This document shows positions 53,927 through 63,738 of a DNA stretch of 64,000 nt, piece after piece. Below the pieces are notes generated by a model, which saw nothing but the letters and a program-made list of their open reading frames with translations, searched no databases and had not been told where the DNA came from. Made by a program: the position numbers and the translations under genes. Source of the DNA: Verrucomicrobiota bacterium. Lineage in GTDB: Bacteria; Verrucomicrobiota; Verrucomicrobiia; Limisphaerales; JADLHS01. Every line of letters starts with the position of its first letter. Within the stretch, counting starts at the first letter, position 1. The stretch covers positions 7,747-71,746 of the forward strand of contig JANXWY010000207.1 in NCBI GenBank assembly GCA_025350905.1, read 5' to 3'.

Positions 53927-56900
53927 ATGAAGTCCTTCACTGATCTGTTCATCCGCCGGCCCGTGCTCGCCCTCGTGGTGAACCTGGTAATTTTGATCGC
54001 CGGATTTCAGGCGATTCGTTCGCTCAACGTCCGGCAATATCCGCGCAGCGACAATTCCGCAATCACCGTCACCACTGCCTACGTCGGCGCGAGTGCGGAC
54101 TTGGTGCGCGGGTTCATCACCACGCCGCTGGAACGCGCCATCGCCGCCGCCGATGGCATCGAATATATCGCTTCCAGCAGCAAACTCGGCGTGTCCACCA
54201 TCACGGTCCGGCTTAAGTTAAATTACGAAGCGACCAAGGCGCTCGCGGAAATCAGCGCCAAGGTGGACCAGGTGCGGAACAACCTGCCCCCTGAAGCCGA
54301 GGTGCCCATCATCAGCATTGAAACTGCTGACTCGCAGTTTGCTTCCGCCTATCTGAGTTTCACTTCGAATATTTTGGAGCCAAACCAGGTCACGGATTAT
54401 CTCGTTCGCGTTGTGCAGCCGCGGCTCTCGGCTCTCGAAGGCGTGCAGCGCGCGGACATTCTGGGGGGCCGCACCTTCGCCATGCGCATCTGGCTCAAGC
54501 CTGACCAACTGGCGGCTCTAAACATCAATCCCAACCAGGTTCGCGAGGCGCTCGCCGCCAACAACTTTCTCTCAGCCGTTGGGCGCACTAAGGGTTCCCT
54601 CGTGCAGGTGAACCTCTCCGCCAACACCGACCTGCGCAGCGTCGAAGAATTCCGCAACCTCGTCGTCCGGCAGTCCGGCGATAAACTCATCCGGCTACGC
54701 GAGGTCGCCGACGTGGCGCTGGGTGCGGAGGATTACGATACGGAAGTCCGGTTCACCGGCGAGAAGGCGGTCTTCATGGGCGTCTGGGTTTTGCCCAACG
54801 CCAACTCGCTTGATGTTATCAAACGCGTGCGGGCGGAAATGGAATTGATCCAAAAAGAATTGCCCACCGGGCTCAACGGTCGGGTCGCTTACGACGCCAC
54901 CAAATACATTGAAGACGCCATCCATGAAGTCATCAAGACCTTGAGCGAGACGCTGCTGATCGTGGCGATCGTGATCTTCCTGTTCCTCGGTTCGTTGCGT
55001 TCGGTGCTCGTGCCGCTCGTGGCGATTCCGATCTCGCTGATCGGCGCCATCTTCCTGATGCAGGTGTTTGGGTTCACGCTCAATCTGCTGACCCTGCTGG
55101 CCATCGTGCTGTCGGTCGGGTTGGTGGTGGACGATGCGATTGTGATCGTCGAAAATGTGGAGCGACACATCCGCGAAGGCCAGACGCCGCTGAACGCGGC
55201 GCTGCTGGGCGCACGGGAGCTGGTCGGGCCGGTCATTGCGATGACCGTGACGCTCGCGGCCGTGTATGCGCCGATTGGGCTGCAGGGCGGCCTCACCGGT
55301 TCGTTGTTCCGTGAGTTTGCCTTCACCTTGGCCGGGGCGGTCTTCATTTCCGGCGTCGTGGCGCTGACCTTGTCACCGCTGATGGCTTCCCGGCTGCTGG
55401 ATGCGGGCCGCGAAGAGCACGGCCTCACGGGCCGCATCAATCGCGGCTTCGACCGCCTGCGCCAGCAGTACGCCCGCGTGCTGGATGCGACGCTCTCTGC
55501 CCGGCCGGCGGTTTATATCGTCTGGATTGTGCTGAGCTGCTTGTCGGTGCCGATGTTCCTGATGGCCCCAAAAGAACTCGCGCCTGCCGAGGATCAAGGG
55601 ATCATCCTCGGCATCGTCGGCGCCGCGGCGGATGCCACCATTGATCAAACCGCATTTTACACGGATGAGCTCAACCACGAATTGTTGAGCACGCCCGAAG
55701 CGAAGCAAACCTTTCAACTCACCTTTCCGGACAATGGCTTCAGCGGCCTGGTACTTAAACCTTGGGGGGAGCGCAAGCGGAGCGTGTTTCAGATTTTGCC
55801 GGAATTGCAAGCCAAAGTCAGCCGCATCCCGGGCATCCGCACGCTCTGTGTCACCCCGCCCGCCTTGCCGGGTGGCGGCGAATTCCCGGTCGAATTCATT
55901 CTGGCCTCCACCGCCGAGCCGGAGGTCATTCTGGAATTCGCCGAGCAGTTGAAACAGTTGTGCGCGACCAACGGCATGTTCGCGTTCCCGCCCATCATTG
56001 ATACCAAAACCGACCAGCCCGAAGTCGAGTTGGTGATGGACCGCGACAAGGTTTCCTCGCTCGGTCTAAACATGGCGACCGTCGGTTCGGATCTCGCGGC
56101 AATGGTCGGCGGCAATTTCGTGAACCGCTTCAATTTCGCCGGCCGCAGTTACAAGGTGATTCCACAGCTCAAACGCCTTGAACGCCTGAATCCCAGCCAG
56201 CTGGAGGCGATTTATGTGAAGGGACCGCACGACCAGTTGGTGCCGCTCAGCACCTTTGCAACGATGAAGAAAAAGAATGGGCCACGCTCACTCAACCGGT
56301 TCCAGCAGTTTAACGCCGTGAAAATCAGTGCCGTGGCCATCCGCCCGCTCGATGAGGCGTTGCGGTATCTGGAAACCGAGGCCAGCAAAATCCTACCGAA
56401 GGGTTACAAACTGGAATACACCGGCGAGTCCCGCCAACTACGCACCGAAGGCAACAAGTTCCTGCCGGCCTTCGTGCTCGCCCTGGTGCTGATCTTTCTC
56501 GTGCTCGCGGCGCAGTTCAACAGCTTCCGCGATCCGCTCATCATCTTGCTCGGCTCGGTGCCGCTTGCCATCTTTGGCGCCCTGATCTTCAGTTTCCTCA
56601 AGATGCCGGGCCAGGGTTTGGCCTTTTTCACCGATGGCTGGACGACCACGCTAAACATTTATTCCCAAGTCGGCCTCGTCACGCTCGTGGGGCTGGTTTC
56701 CAAGAACGGCATTCTGATCGTCGAATTCGCGAATGAGCAACAGCGGCGCGGCCTCCCCAAACTCCGGGCCATACGTGAGGCGGCCCTGGTGCGTCTGCGA
56801 CCCGTGCTCATGACCAGCGCGGCTACGATCTGCGGCCACTTTCCGCTCACGCTGGTTTCCGGGGCCGGGGCGGCGGCGCGCAATTCCATCGGCATCACGA

Positions 56901-57076
56901 TTGTCGCGGGCATGGCGCTCGGCACTCTTTTCACCCTCCTGGTAATTCCTTCACTCTACGTGTTGATTGCCAGGCAACATCAGGGCGAAGCGCCGCGACC
57001 CCTTGACGAGGACTATGATCTGGAAAACGTGGCGGATGCGCAAATCCCGCATGGCGTCGAAGCCCTGGCCAAATGA
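53927..57076 (+). CDS. RND (AcrB/HAE1-type) inner-membrane efflux transporter 1
   Basis: 1049 aa. MKSFTDLFIRRPVLALVVNLVILIAG, 12-TM/2-loop layout, VGLVVDDAIVIVENVERH. Confidence 0.95.
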   Translation: MKSFTDLFIRRPVLALVVNLVILIAGFQAIRSLNVRQYPRSDNSAITVTTAYVGASADLVRGFITTPLERAIAAADGIEYIASSSKLGVSTITVRLKLNYEATKALAEISAKVDQVRNNLPPEAEVPIISIETADSQFASAYLSFTSNILEPNQVTDYLVRVVQPRLSALEGVQRADILGGRTFAMRIWLKPDQLAALNINPNQVREALAANNFLSAVGRTKGSLVQVNLSANTDLRSVEEFRNLVVRQSGDKLIRLREVADVALGAEDYDTEVRFTGEKAVFMGVWVLPNANSLDVIKRVRAEMELIQKELPTGLNGRVAYDATKYIEDAIHEVIKTLSETLLIVAIVIFLFLGSLRSVLVPLVAIPISLIGAIFLMQVFGFTLNLLTLLAIVLSVGLVVDDAIVIVENVERHIREGQTPLNAALLGARELVGPVIAMTVTLAAVYAPIGLQGGLTGSLFREFAFTLAGAVFISGVVALTLSPLMASRLLDAGREEHGLTGRINRGFDRLRQQYARVLDATLSARPAVYIVWIVLSCLSVPMFLMAPKELAPAEDQGIILGIVGAAADATIDQTAFYTDELNHELLSTPEAKQTFQLTFPDNGFSGLVLKPWGERKRSVFQILPELQAKVSRIPGIRTLCVTPPALPGGGEFPVEFILASTAEPEVILEFAEQLKQLCATNGMFAFPPIIDTKTDQPEVELVMDRDKVSSLGLNMATVGSDLAAMVGGNFVNRFNFAGRSYKVIPQLKRLERLNPSQLEAIYVKGPHDQLVPLSTFATMKKKNGPRSLNRFQQFNAVKISAVAIRPLDEALRYLETEASKILPKGYKLEYTGESRQLRTEGNKFLPAFVLALVLIFLVLAAQFNSFRDPLIILLGSVPLAIFGALIFSFLKMPGQGLAFFTDGWTTTLNIYSQVGLVTLVGLVSKNGILIVEFANEQQRRGLPKLRAIREAALVRLRPVLMTSAATICGHFPLTLVSGAGAAARNSIGITIVAGMALGTLFTLLVIPSLYVLIARQHQGEAPRPLDEDYDLENVADAQIPHGVEALAK

Positions 57077-57149
57077 GGCCGTTCCTTTTCCGCCCCGCAG
57101 TATCACGTCGGTGTTGCCGCCGAGAACCGGAAATGAAATGATAATCTGT

Positions 57150-58235
57150 ATGCGCCCCCGAATCTCAACGCTGCTGATCTCCACGCTTGCCGGTCTGCAG
57201 CTCTTGAGCGGTTGCAAACCCAAATCGGACGCTGCCGGCGCCGCCGCCGGCCTGCCAACCATGCAAGTTGTCGCCGTCGAAGCCCGCCGGCAGCCCGTGA
57301 CGGAATCGCTGGCGCTGGTCGGCAGCATCGCCGCCAACGAACAGCTTGAGCTCAAGTCGGAAATTGACGGGACCATTCAAGAAATCCTCTTCCGTGAAGG
57401 GCAGCCGGTGGAGAAGGGCCAGCTGCTGATCCGGCTCGACGAGACCAAACTCGCGGCCGACGTCGCGGAATTCGAGAGCAATTTCAAACTGGGTCAGGCG
57501 AACTTTGACCGCGCGAAGCAATTGGTCCAGGAAAAACTCATTCCGCAGTCGGAATACGATCAAGCCGCCGCCACCTTCGACGTGCGCCAGGCCACGTTGA
57601 ACCGCAAGCAGCGGGAACTGAAAGACACCCGCATCACCGCCCCCTTTTCCGGCGTCATCGGGGCGCGCAATGTCAGCCCCGGCCAGGTCATCGCGCGCAA
57701 CACGCTGCTCACCTGGCTCGTCGATGTGGACCCCGTCAAAGCGGAGTTGAACGTGCCGGAACGCTTTCTGGCGCAATTGCGCCTCGGCCAAACCCTGGAC
57801 CTGACAGTGGCCGCGTTCGGCACGAACCAATTTCATGGCCAGGTTTATTTCATCGCGCCGGCGGTGGATCCCAACACGCGCACCACGCTGGTTAAGGCCG
57901 AGATTCCCAATCCGAAGCTGGAACTCAAGCCCGGCATGTTCGCCAACCTCGAACTCAATTTGCAGATTCGAGAGAACGCAATTGTGATTCCGGAAACCGC
58001 CTTGAGCCAATTAGTCGAAGGCGGCGGCGCGGTGGTTTTCATCATCGATAAAGCGAGCACCGCGCAGCCCCGGAAAGTGAAGCTCGGCATCCGGCTGGCT
58101 GGCCGAGTGGAGATCGCGGAAGGCCTCGAGCCGGGCGACCTGGTGATTGTCGAAGGGCTGCAAAAAATCGGCCCCGGAATCCCGGTCAAATTCGCCGCGC
58201 CCGAAGCCACGCCGGCGCCCGCTTCCCGCCCATGA
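57150..58235 (+). CDS. RND efflux periplasmic adaptor (MFP) 2, lipoprotein
   Basis: MRPRISTLLISTLAGLQLLSGC lipobox. ITAPFSGVIGAR. An alternative ATG at 57138 is possible. Confidence 0.85.
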   Translation: MRPRISTLLISTLAGLQLLSGCKPKSDAAGAAAGLPTMQVVAVEARRQPVTESLALVGSIAANEQLELKSEIDGTIQEILFREGQPVEKGQLLIRLDETKLAADVAEFESNFKLGQANFDRAKQLVQEKLIPQSEYDQAAATFDVRQATLNRKQRELKDTRITAPFSGVIGARNVSPGQVIARNTLLTWLVDVDPVKAELNVPERFLAQLRLGQTLDLTVAAFGTNQFHGQVYFIAPAVDPNTRTTLVKAEIPNPKLELKPGMFANLELNLQIRENAIVIPETALSQLVEGGGAVVFIIDKASTAQPRKVKLGIRLAGRVEIAEGLEPGDLVIVEGLQKIGPGIPVKFAAPEATPAPASRP

Positions 58236-61200
58236 TTCTGTCCACGATCAGCATCAAGCGGCCGGTCTTCGCCACGATGATGAGCCTGGCGATCGTCTTC
58301 TTTGGGTTGATCGCCTTGCTGAAATTGCCGGTGCGGGAATTGCCGGACATCGATCCTCCGATTGTCAGCGTGACCACGATTTACCCGGGCGCCAACGCCG
58401 CCGTGGTCGAGACGGAAGTCAGCGAGCGCCTGGAGGAAGCCATCAACAACATCGAAGGCGTCAAAACGCTTTCGAGCACGAGCCGGGAAGAGGTCAGCAC
58501 GATCACGGTGGAATTTGATTTGTCCCGCGAAATTGATCTGGCCGCGCAGGACGTGCGGGACCGCGTGGCCCGGGTCCGCGGCCGGTTGCCCGACTCCATC
58601 GACGAACCCATTGTGGCCAAACAGGACGCCGATGCGCAGGCGGTAATCTGGATCGGCATCAACAGCGACCGCTTCTCGACGCTTGAACTCAGCACGATTG
58701 CGGAAAAGCAGATCAAGAACCGGCTGCAAACCATCAAGGGGGTTTCCTCCATCATCATCGGCGGCGAGCAGCGGTTTGCCATGCGCCTGTGGCTCGATTC
58801 CTCCCGGATGGCCGCGCATCGCCTCACCGTGCTGGATGTCGAGCGGGCGCTGAAGGAACAAAATGTGGAGCTGCCCAGCGGCCGCATCGAAAATCTTGAA
58901 CGCGAGATGATCATCGAGACGCGCGGCGAACTAAAAACCGCGGAGGAGTTCAACCGGCTGGTGTTGTTCAATGATGGCAGCAAAATCGTCCGCCTGCGCG
59001 ATATCGGCGTGGCCCGCAGCGGCGTCGAAAATGAACGCACGGTCGCCCGCAACAACGGCAAGCCGTGCGTCTTCCTGGGCATTGTCAAACAATCGAAGGC
59101 CAACACCATCGAAGTGGCGCATGGGATCAAGGCGGAGGTGGAACGCATCCGGCCGACCTTGCCCGCCGGGATCGAAATGGTGTTCAACTACGACGAATCG
59201 ATTTACGTCGAAAATTCGGTGCACGAAGTCTGGGTGACGCTCGGCATTGCTTTCCTGCTGGTGGTCATCGTCATCTATTTGTTCCTGCGGGATTTTCGTT
59301 CCACGATTATTCCCACCCTGGCGATTCCGGTTTCCATCGTGGGAACGTTCGCCGTCATGAGTTTGTTGGGCTATTCGATCAACATCCTGACGATGCTGGC
59401 GCTCGTGCTGTCCATCGGCGTGGTGGTGGACGATGCCATCGTGGTCCTGGAAAATATCTTCCGACATATCGAAGCGGGCATGCCGCCGATGAAGGCCGCC
59501 TACCAGGCGATGGCGGAAATCGGCTTCGCCATTATCGCGATCACGATTGCGCTCGTGGCGGTCTTTCTGCCGCTGGCGTTTCAGAAAAGCTCCACCGGCC
59601 GGCTCTTTACCGAATTCGCGGTGGCCGTCGCCGGCTCCGTGATCATCTCGGCCTTCGTGGCCCTCACCCTCTCGCCCATGATGGCGTCGCGCCTGCTCAA
59701 GCCGGTCGCGGCGAACCAGCAGCATATTTTTTTCATCAACTGGTTCGATCATTTTTTGGAGGCCGTCAACCGCACCTACAAACGCGTCCTGGAATGGTCG
59801 CTGGGCCATCGCGGGATCATCTTGTTGGTGGCGGGAGCGAGCCTGGGCTTGACCTTCCTGGCCTTCACGCACCTCGAATCCGAATTCCTCCCGGAGGAGG
59901 ACAAGGGCCGCCTGCTGTGCTTTGTCTTCACCCCGGAAGGGTCCACCTCCGAATACACAGACCGGATGCTGAGAAAGATGGAGGCGATCCTCGTCACCGT
60001 ACCCGAAGTGCAGGCGTACGGCGCCATTGTGGCCCCGGCGTTTTCCGGTCCGGGCCAGGCCAATTTGGGGATCGTATTTCTCCGACTCAAGGACGAGCGC
60101 AAACGCACCGTGCAGGAAATTGTGAACGGTCCGGACGGCCTCAAGGGCAAATTTTTTGGCCAGGTCGAGGGGGCCATTGCCATCGCGCAAATCCCCAAGG
60201 CGATCGGCCGCGGCTTCGGCGCGCCGTTTCAACTCGTCTTGAAGGCCCAGGACCTCGATCAATTGAACACGTATTCCGGCGCCTTGTTGAACAAACTCCG
60301 CGGGTCGGGTTACCTGCAGAACGCCCGCTCCTCGTTTGAATACAGCAAACCGGAACTGCGCTTGAACATTGATCGCGACCGCGCCGCCGCGCTGGGCATT
60401 TCCATCCAGGATGTCTCCCGCACGCTTCAGATGCTCTTTGGCGGACTCGACCTCAGCCGGATCAAGCTCGATGGCAAGGAATACAAGGTCATCACCCAGT
60501 TGCTGCGCGCTTCCCGGCTCACGCCGCAGGACCTCGACCAGCTCTATGTGCGGAGTGCCAAGGGAGAATTGATCCAGCTCAGCAGCATCGTTACGTATCA
60601 ATCCGGTCCATCGCCGAATGCCATTGAGCACTACGGCCGCATTCGCAGCACCACGATTTCCGCCTCCACGGTGGGAGTGCCTCTCGGCACCGCGATGACG
60701 CGAGTGGAGGAATTCCTGCGCACCGATCTGCCGCCGGGGTTCACCTATGAATGGGCGGGCGAAGCGCGCGATCTCAACGAATCGGGCACGGAAGTCTGGT
60801 GGGTGCTGATCGTGGCGTTGATCATTGTTTACATGGTGCTCGCGGCGCAGTTTGAAAGTCTGATTCATCCCCTCACCGTCATGCTGGCCGTGCCCCTGGC
60901 CGGCCTCGGTGCCTACGGCCTGCTCTGGCTGATCGCGTTCCTGGGTCGGACCGGCGTCATCCCGGTGGTCCCCGCGATGAACGACAACCTCTTCAGCAAA
61001 ATCGGTGTCATCCTCCTTGTCGGTTTGGTGACCAAGAATTCGATTCTGCTCGTCGAGTTTGCGAATCAGCAGCGGGCGAAAGGCGCGAAGGCGCGCGCGG
61101 CCATGTTGCAGGCCGGCATCGTCCGGCTGCGGCCCATTCTGATGACGGCGTTCTCAACGATTGCGGGCATTCTGCCAATTGCCATCGGCTTTGGCGCCGG

Positions 61201-61399
61201 GGCGGAAAGCCGGCGGCCGATGGGCGTGGCCGTGGTGGGCGGCATGTTGACCAGCACCTTCCTGACCCTGATCATCATCCCGGTCGTCTACACGATATTC
61301 AGTGATGTGGCGGACAAGTTTGGTTGGAAACAACACGTGGAAACGACCGGGGACGTTGACTCCGAGCTCGCTGCACCGACCCTACCAATTAACCATTAG
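58232..61399 (+). CDS. RND (AcrB/HAE1-type) inner-membrane efflux transporter 2
   Basis: 1055 aa. MILSTISIKRPVFATMMSLAIVFFG, IGVVVDDAIVVLENIFRH. ATGA overlap with MFP 2. Confidence 0.95.
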   Translation: MILSTISIKRPVFATMMSLAIVFFGLIALLKLPVRELPDIDPPIVSVTTIYPGANAAVVETEVSERLEEAINNIEGVKTLSSTSREEVSTITVEFDLSREIDLAAQDVRDRVARVRGRLPDSIDEPIVAKQDADAQAVIWIGINSDRFSTLELSTIAEKQIKNRLQTIKGVSSIIIGGEQRFAMRLWLDSSRMAAHRLTVLDVERALKEQNVELPSGRIENLEREMIIETRGELKTAEEFNRLVLFNDGSKIVRLRDIGVARSGVENERTVARNNGKPCVFLGIVKQSKANTIEVAHGIKAEVERIRPTLPAGIEMVFNYDESIYVENSVHEVWVTLGIAFLLVVIVIYLFLRDFRSTIIPTLAIPVSIVGTFAVMSLLGYSINILTMLALVLSIGVVVDDAIVVLENIFRHIEAGMPPMKAAYQAMAEIGFAIIAITIALVAVFLPLAFQKSSTGRLFTEFAVAVAGSVIISAFVALTLSPMMASRLLKPVAANQQHIFFINWFDHFLEAVNRTYKRVLEWSLGHRGIILLVAGASLGLTFLAFTHLESEFLPEEDKGRLLCFVFTPEGSTSEYTDRMLRKMEAILVTVPEVQAYGAIVAPAFSGPGQANLGIVFLRLKDERKRTVQEIVNGPDGLKGKFFGQVEGAIAIAQIPKAIGRGFGAPFQLVLKAQDLDQLNTYSGALLNKLRGSGYLQNARSSFEYSKPELRLNIDRDRAAALGISIQDVSRTLQMLFGGLDLSRIKLDGKEYKVITQLLRASRLTPQDLDQLYVRSAKGELIQLSSIVTYQSGPSPNAIEHYGRIRSTTISASTVGVPLGTAMTRVEEFLRTDLPPGFTYEWAGEARDLNESGTEVWWVLIVALIIVYMVLAAQFESLIHPLTVMLAVPLAGLGAYGLLWLIAFLGRTGVIPVVPAMNDNLFSKIGVILLVGLVTKNSILLVEFANQQRAKGAKARAAMLQAGIVRLRPILMTAFSTIAGILPIAIGFGAGAESRRPMGVAVVGGMLTSTFLTLIIIPVVYTIFSDVADKFGWKQHVETTGDVDSELAAPTLPINH

Positions 61400-61468
61400 G
61401 CTTTCGCGAAAGTTGTAGAATTCCATCGCGGCGGCGGCGGGGCCGGTAGAGCGGGCACCCGGGCAACT

Positions 61469-62764
61469 TCAGGCCATGACCCAACGCATCGCTTTCATCT
61501 CGAAGCGCGGCAAAGTGCCCGCCGCGACCACACTCACGGGTATCCGTAGCGCGAAGGCCTGGTGAAACTTGCGCTCCAGCTGAGCCGCCAGCTCCGTCGT
61601 CGCCGCGCCCGCGACCGGCTCGATTTCCACACGCAGCTCCGTCAACGCCTGCGCCGCACTGACTTGAACGCGATATTCCGCCACTTCGGCAAAGCCCCGA
61701 ATAATTTCCTCGACGGCGCTCGGATAAATATTCACGCCGCGAACGATAATCATGTCATCCACGCGACCGAGGATACCGCCTTCCAGCGCGAGATCGAAAC
61801 GACCACACTCACACGCTTGCATTCGGCCGCCGGCCGGCCGGCTGCGGCATTGCACCAAATCGCCCGTGCGATAACGCAACAGTGGGGAACCGGTTCGGGT
61901 CAGCGTGGTTAATATCAGCTCGCCCCGGGTCGCCGGCTGGCCGGTGGCCGGATCAATGACTTCCGCGTAGTAGGCCGCCTCGATGACGTGCAACACGCCG
62001 GGTTGGGCCGGACACTCCAGCGTCACCGGCCCCACCTCCGTCATGCCGTGGTGATCAAAGATGCGGGCGCCGGGCCACAGCGTCTCGAGCTTGGCCCGGG
62101 TGGCGGGAATGCTGCCGCCGGGTTCGCCGGCGACGATGATTATTTTCACACCGAGCGTGTGTGTGGCGATTTTTTCTTCCGCCGCGACCTCCGCCAACCG
62201 CAGCGCATAAGTGGGCGTGCAGCAGAGGACGTTGACGCCACTGACCTGCATCATCCGCAGTCGCGCCGCGCTGCTGAGTCCACCGCCGGGCAGACACAAG
62301 GCGCCAGCGCGCGCCGCTGCTTCAAACGCCAGCCAGAAGCCGAGAAACGGCCCGAACGAAAACGCAAACAGCACGCGGTCACCCGCCCCCACGCCAACCG
62401 CGCGGAAAACTTCCATCCAACATTCCTGCATGGCCTCCCAGCTCTCCGGGGTGTCGAGCCAGCGCAATGGCGCGCCGCGGGTGCCGCTGGTTTGATGGCA
62501 GCGGGTGTAGCGCTTGAGCGGGTAGGTCAGGTTGGTGCCGAACGGCGGATGCGTCAGTTGGTCGGCCACCAATTCCGCCTTGAGGGTGAACGGAAAGCGC
62601 GCGGAGAAATCGGCGAGCGACGAAACATCGAAGGTAACGCCGGCGGATTGGAGTTTGCGGGCGTAGAACTTGTTGGCCGGGAAAAGTTCCGCGACCAGCG
62701 ACCGGAGTTGTTCGAGTTCGAGGGACTCGAGGTCGGCACGCGTTGGATGCGGGCCCTCAGTCAT
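61469..62764 (-). CDS. Phenylacetate-CoA ligase-like (PaaK / F390-synthetase family) adenylate-forming enzyme
   Basis: 431 aa. QTSGTRGAPL AMP-binding motif, HHGMTEVGPV, YRTGDL. Confidence 0.85.
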   Translation of the reverse strand: MTEGPHPTRADLESLELEQLRSLVAELFPANKFYARKLQSAGVTFDVSSLADFSARFPFTLKAELVADQLTHPPFGTNLTYPLKRYTRCHQTSGTRGAPLRWLDTPESWEAMQECWMEVFRAVGVGAGDRVLFAFSFGPFLGFWLAFEAAARAGALCLPGGGLSSAARLRMMQVSGVNVLCCTPTYALRLAEVAAEEKIATHTLGVKIIIVAGEPGGSIPATRAKLETLWPGARIFDHHGMTEVGPVTLECPAQPGVLHVIEAAYYAEVIDPATGQPATRGELILTTLTRTGSPLLRYRTGDLVQCRSRPAGGRMQACECGRFDLALEGGILGRVDDMIIVRGVNIYPSAVEEIIRGFAEVAEYRVQVSAAQALTELRVEIEPVAGAATTELAAQLERKFHQAFALRIPVSVVAAGTLPRFEMKAMRWVMA

Positions 62765-62846
62765 GGAATGGTTCTTTCATCGCCGCGCCGCGCAACTGGT
62801 CGTCGCGCCCGGTCATCGGCTGACCGACGGCGCGAGGAAGGCAACG

Positions 62847-63377
62847 TCACTGCGGTCGCGCCACGGTGGGCGCCGCACTCGCCGTCGGCTTGACCGGCGC
62901 GGGCGCGGGTTTGTAATAGGTGACAAGACACCCGCCGAGGGCCGCCAAGGCGATGCCGATGAAAAACTGCGGCTTGATGGAACTCAGCCCGCCGGCCGGC
63001 GGGTGTTGCAGGATCGAAACCAGCGCATTCACAATCGGTGCGCCGGCAAACACAATCGCCATGACGACTGCGGGCGTGCCTTTCGCGCCGAACGCCAGCA
63101 ACACGCCGAACGCGCCCACCGCACCTACGACCCCGGCGATGAGGGACCACCACAAGCCATTGGCGGGATAGTTCCAGAAATCCAGCCGGCCTTTGTTAAA
63201 CGCCAGCACCGCCAACGGCGCGAGCACGGCGATCAAGAAGTATGCAAACCCGACATAAAGAAACGCCATGTAACGGCCATTTACCTTGTCCTGCATGCCC
63301 ATCTGGCCGCTGTGCAGAAAAATTCCATAAACGCCCCACGACACGACGGTCAGCAATGCATAGACGAGCCAGTTCAT
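62847..63377 (-). CDS. Hypothetical 5-TM membrane protein (DMT/EamA-half-like by topology only)
   Basis: Start at MNWLVYALLTVVSWGVYGIF. Five hydrophobic segments, Pro/Ala-rich tail. Confidence 0.55.
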   Translation of the reverse strand: MNWLVYALLTVVSWGVYGIFLHSGQMGMQDKVNGRYMAFLYVGFAYFLIAVLAPLAVLAFNKGRLDFWNYPANGLWWSLIAGVVGAVGAFGVLLAFGAKGTPAVVMAIVFAGAPIVNALVSILQHPPAGGLSSIKPQFFIGIALAALGGCLVTYYKPAPAPVKPTASAAPTVARPQ

Positions 63378-63738
63378 AAGTCGCAAGGCTAGCGACGATC
63401 GGTCGCCTTCGCAAACCGTTTGTCGGAATTGTTCGGCCAGCGTCGGACCAATCCAGCCCCTTCGCTTAGGGACGGCGCCGCGATGGGGCGGAGCGAAGTG
63501 GCTTCCCGCCGGCAATTAAAAGCCAACGGCTCGACTTAGTTAGCCGCGAACCGGCAGAAGACATTTAACGCAAAGCCGCGAAGGGGCAAAGGCGCAAGGG
63601 TTTTGAAAACCTGTGCTGGCGGTCTTGGGCTTCACCGTTGGGTGAGCTTCAAGTGGCCCGGCGTCAACGTTCCGAGCTCGCTCTATTACTCTGCGGCCTG
63701 GCTGCTTTGCGCCTCGGCGTTGGAGTCCGGCCGAATCG

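Noticed and set aside
58931-60868. 645-aa ORF antisense to RND transporter 2. Similar long antisense or alternate-frame ORFs: 19564..20739, 29880..31076, 52698..53885, 16560..17459, 57165..58010, 45747..46553, 47904..48653, 59065..60339
   Set aside because: Each overlaps a gene with strong family signatures on the other strand or frame. All have Arg/Gly/His/Asp-rich low-information sequences, as expected from GC3 skew. No motifs were found.
61401-61412. 12-bp perfect palindrome CTTTCGCGAAAG immediately after the RND2 stop
   Set aside because: It has no loop, so it is not a hairpin terminator. There is no U-tract and it is a single occurrence. Insufficient to assign a function.
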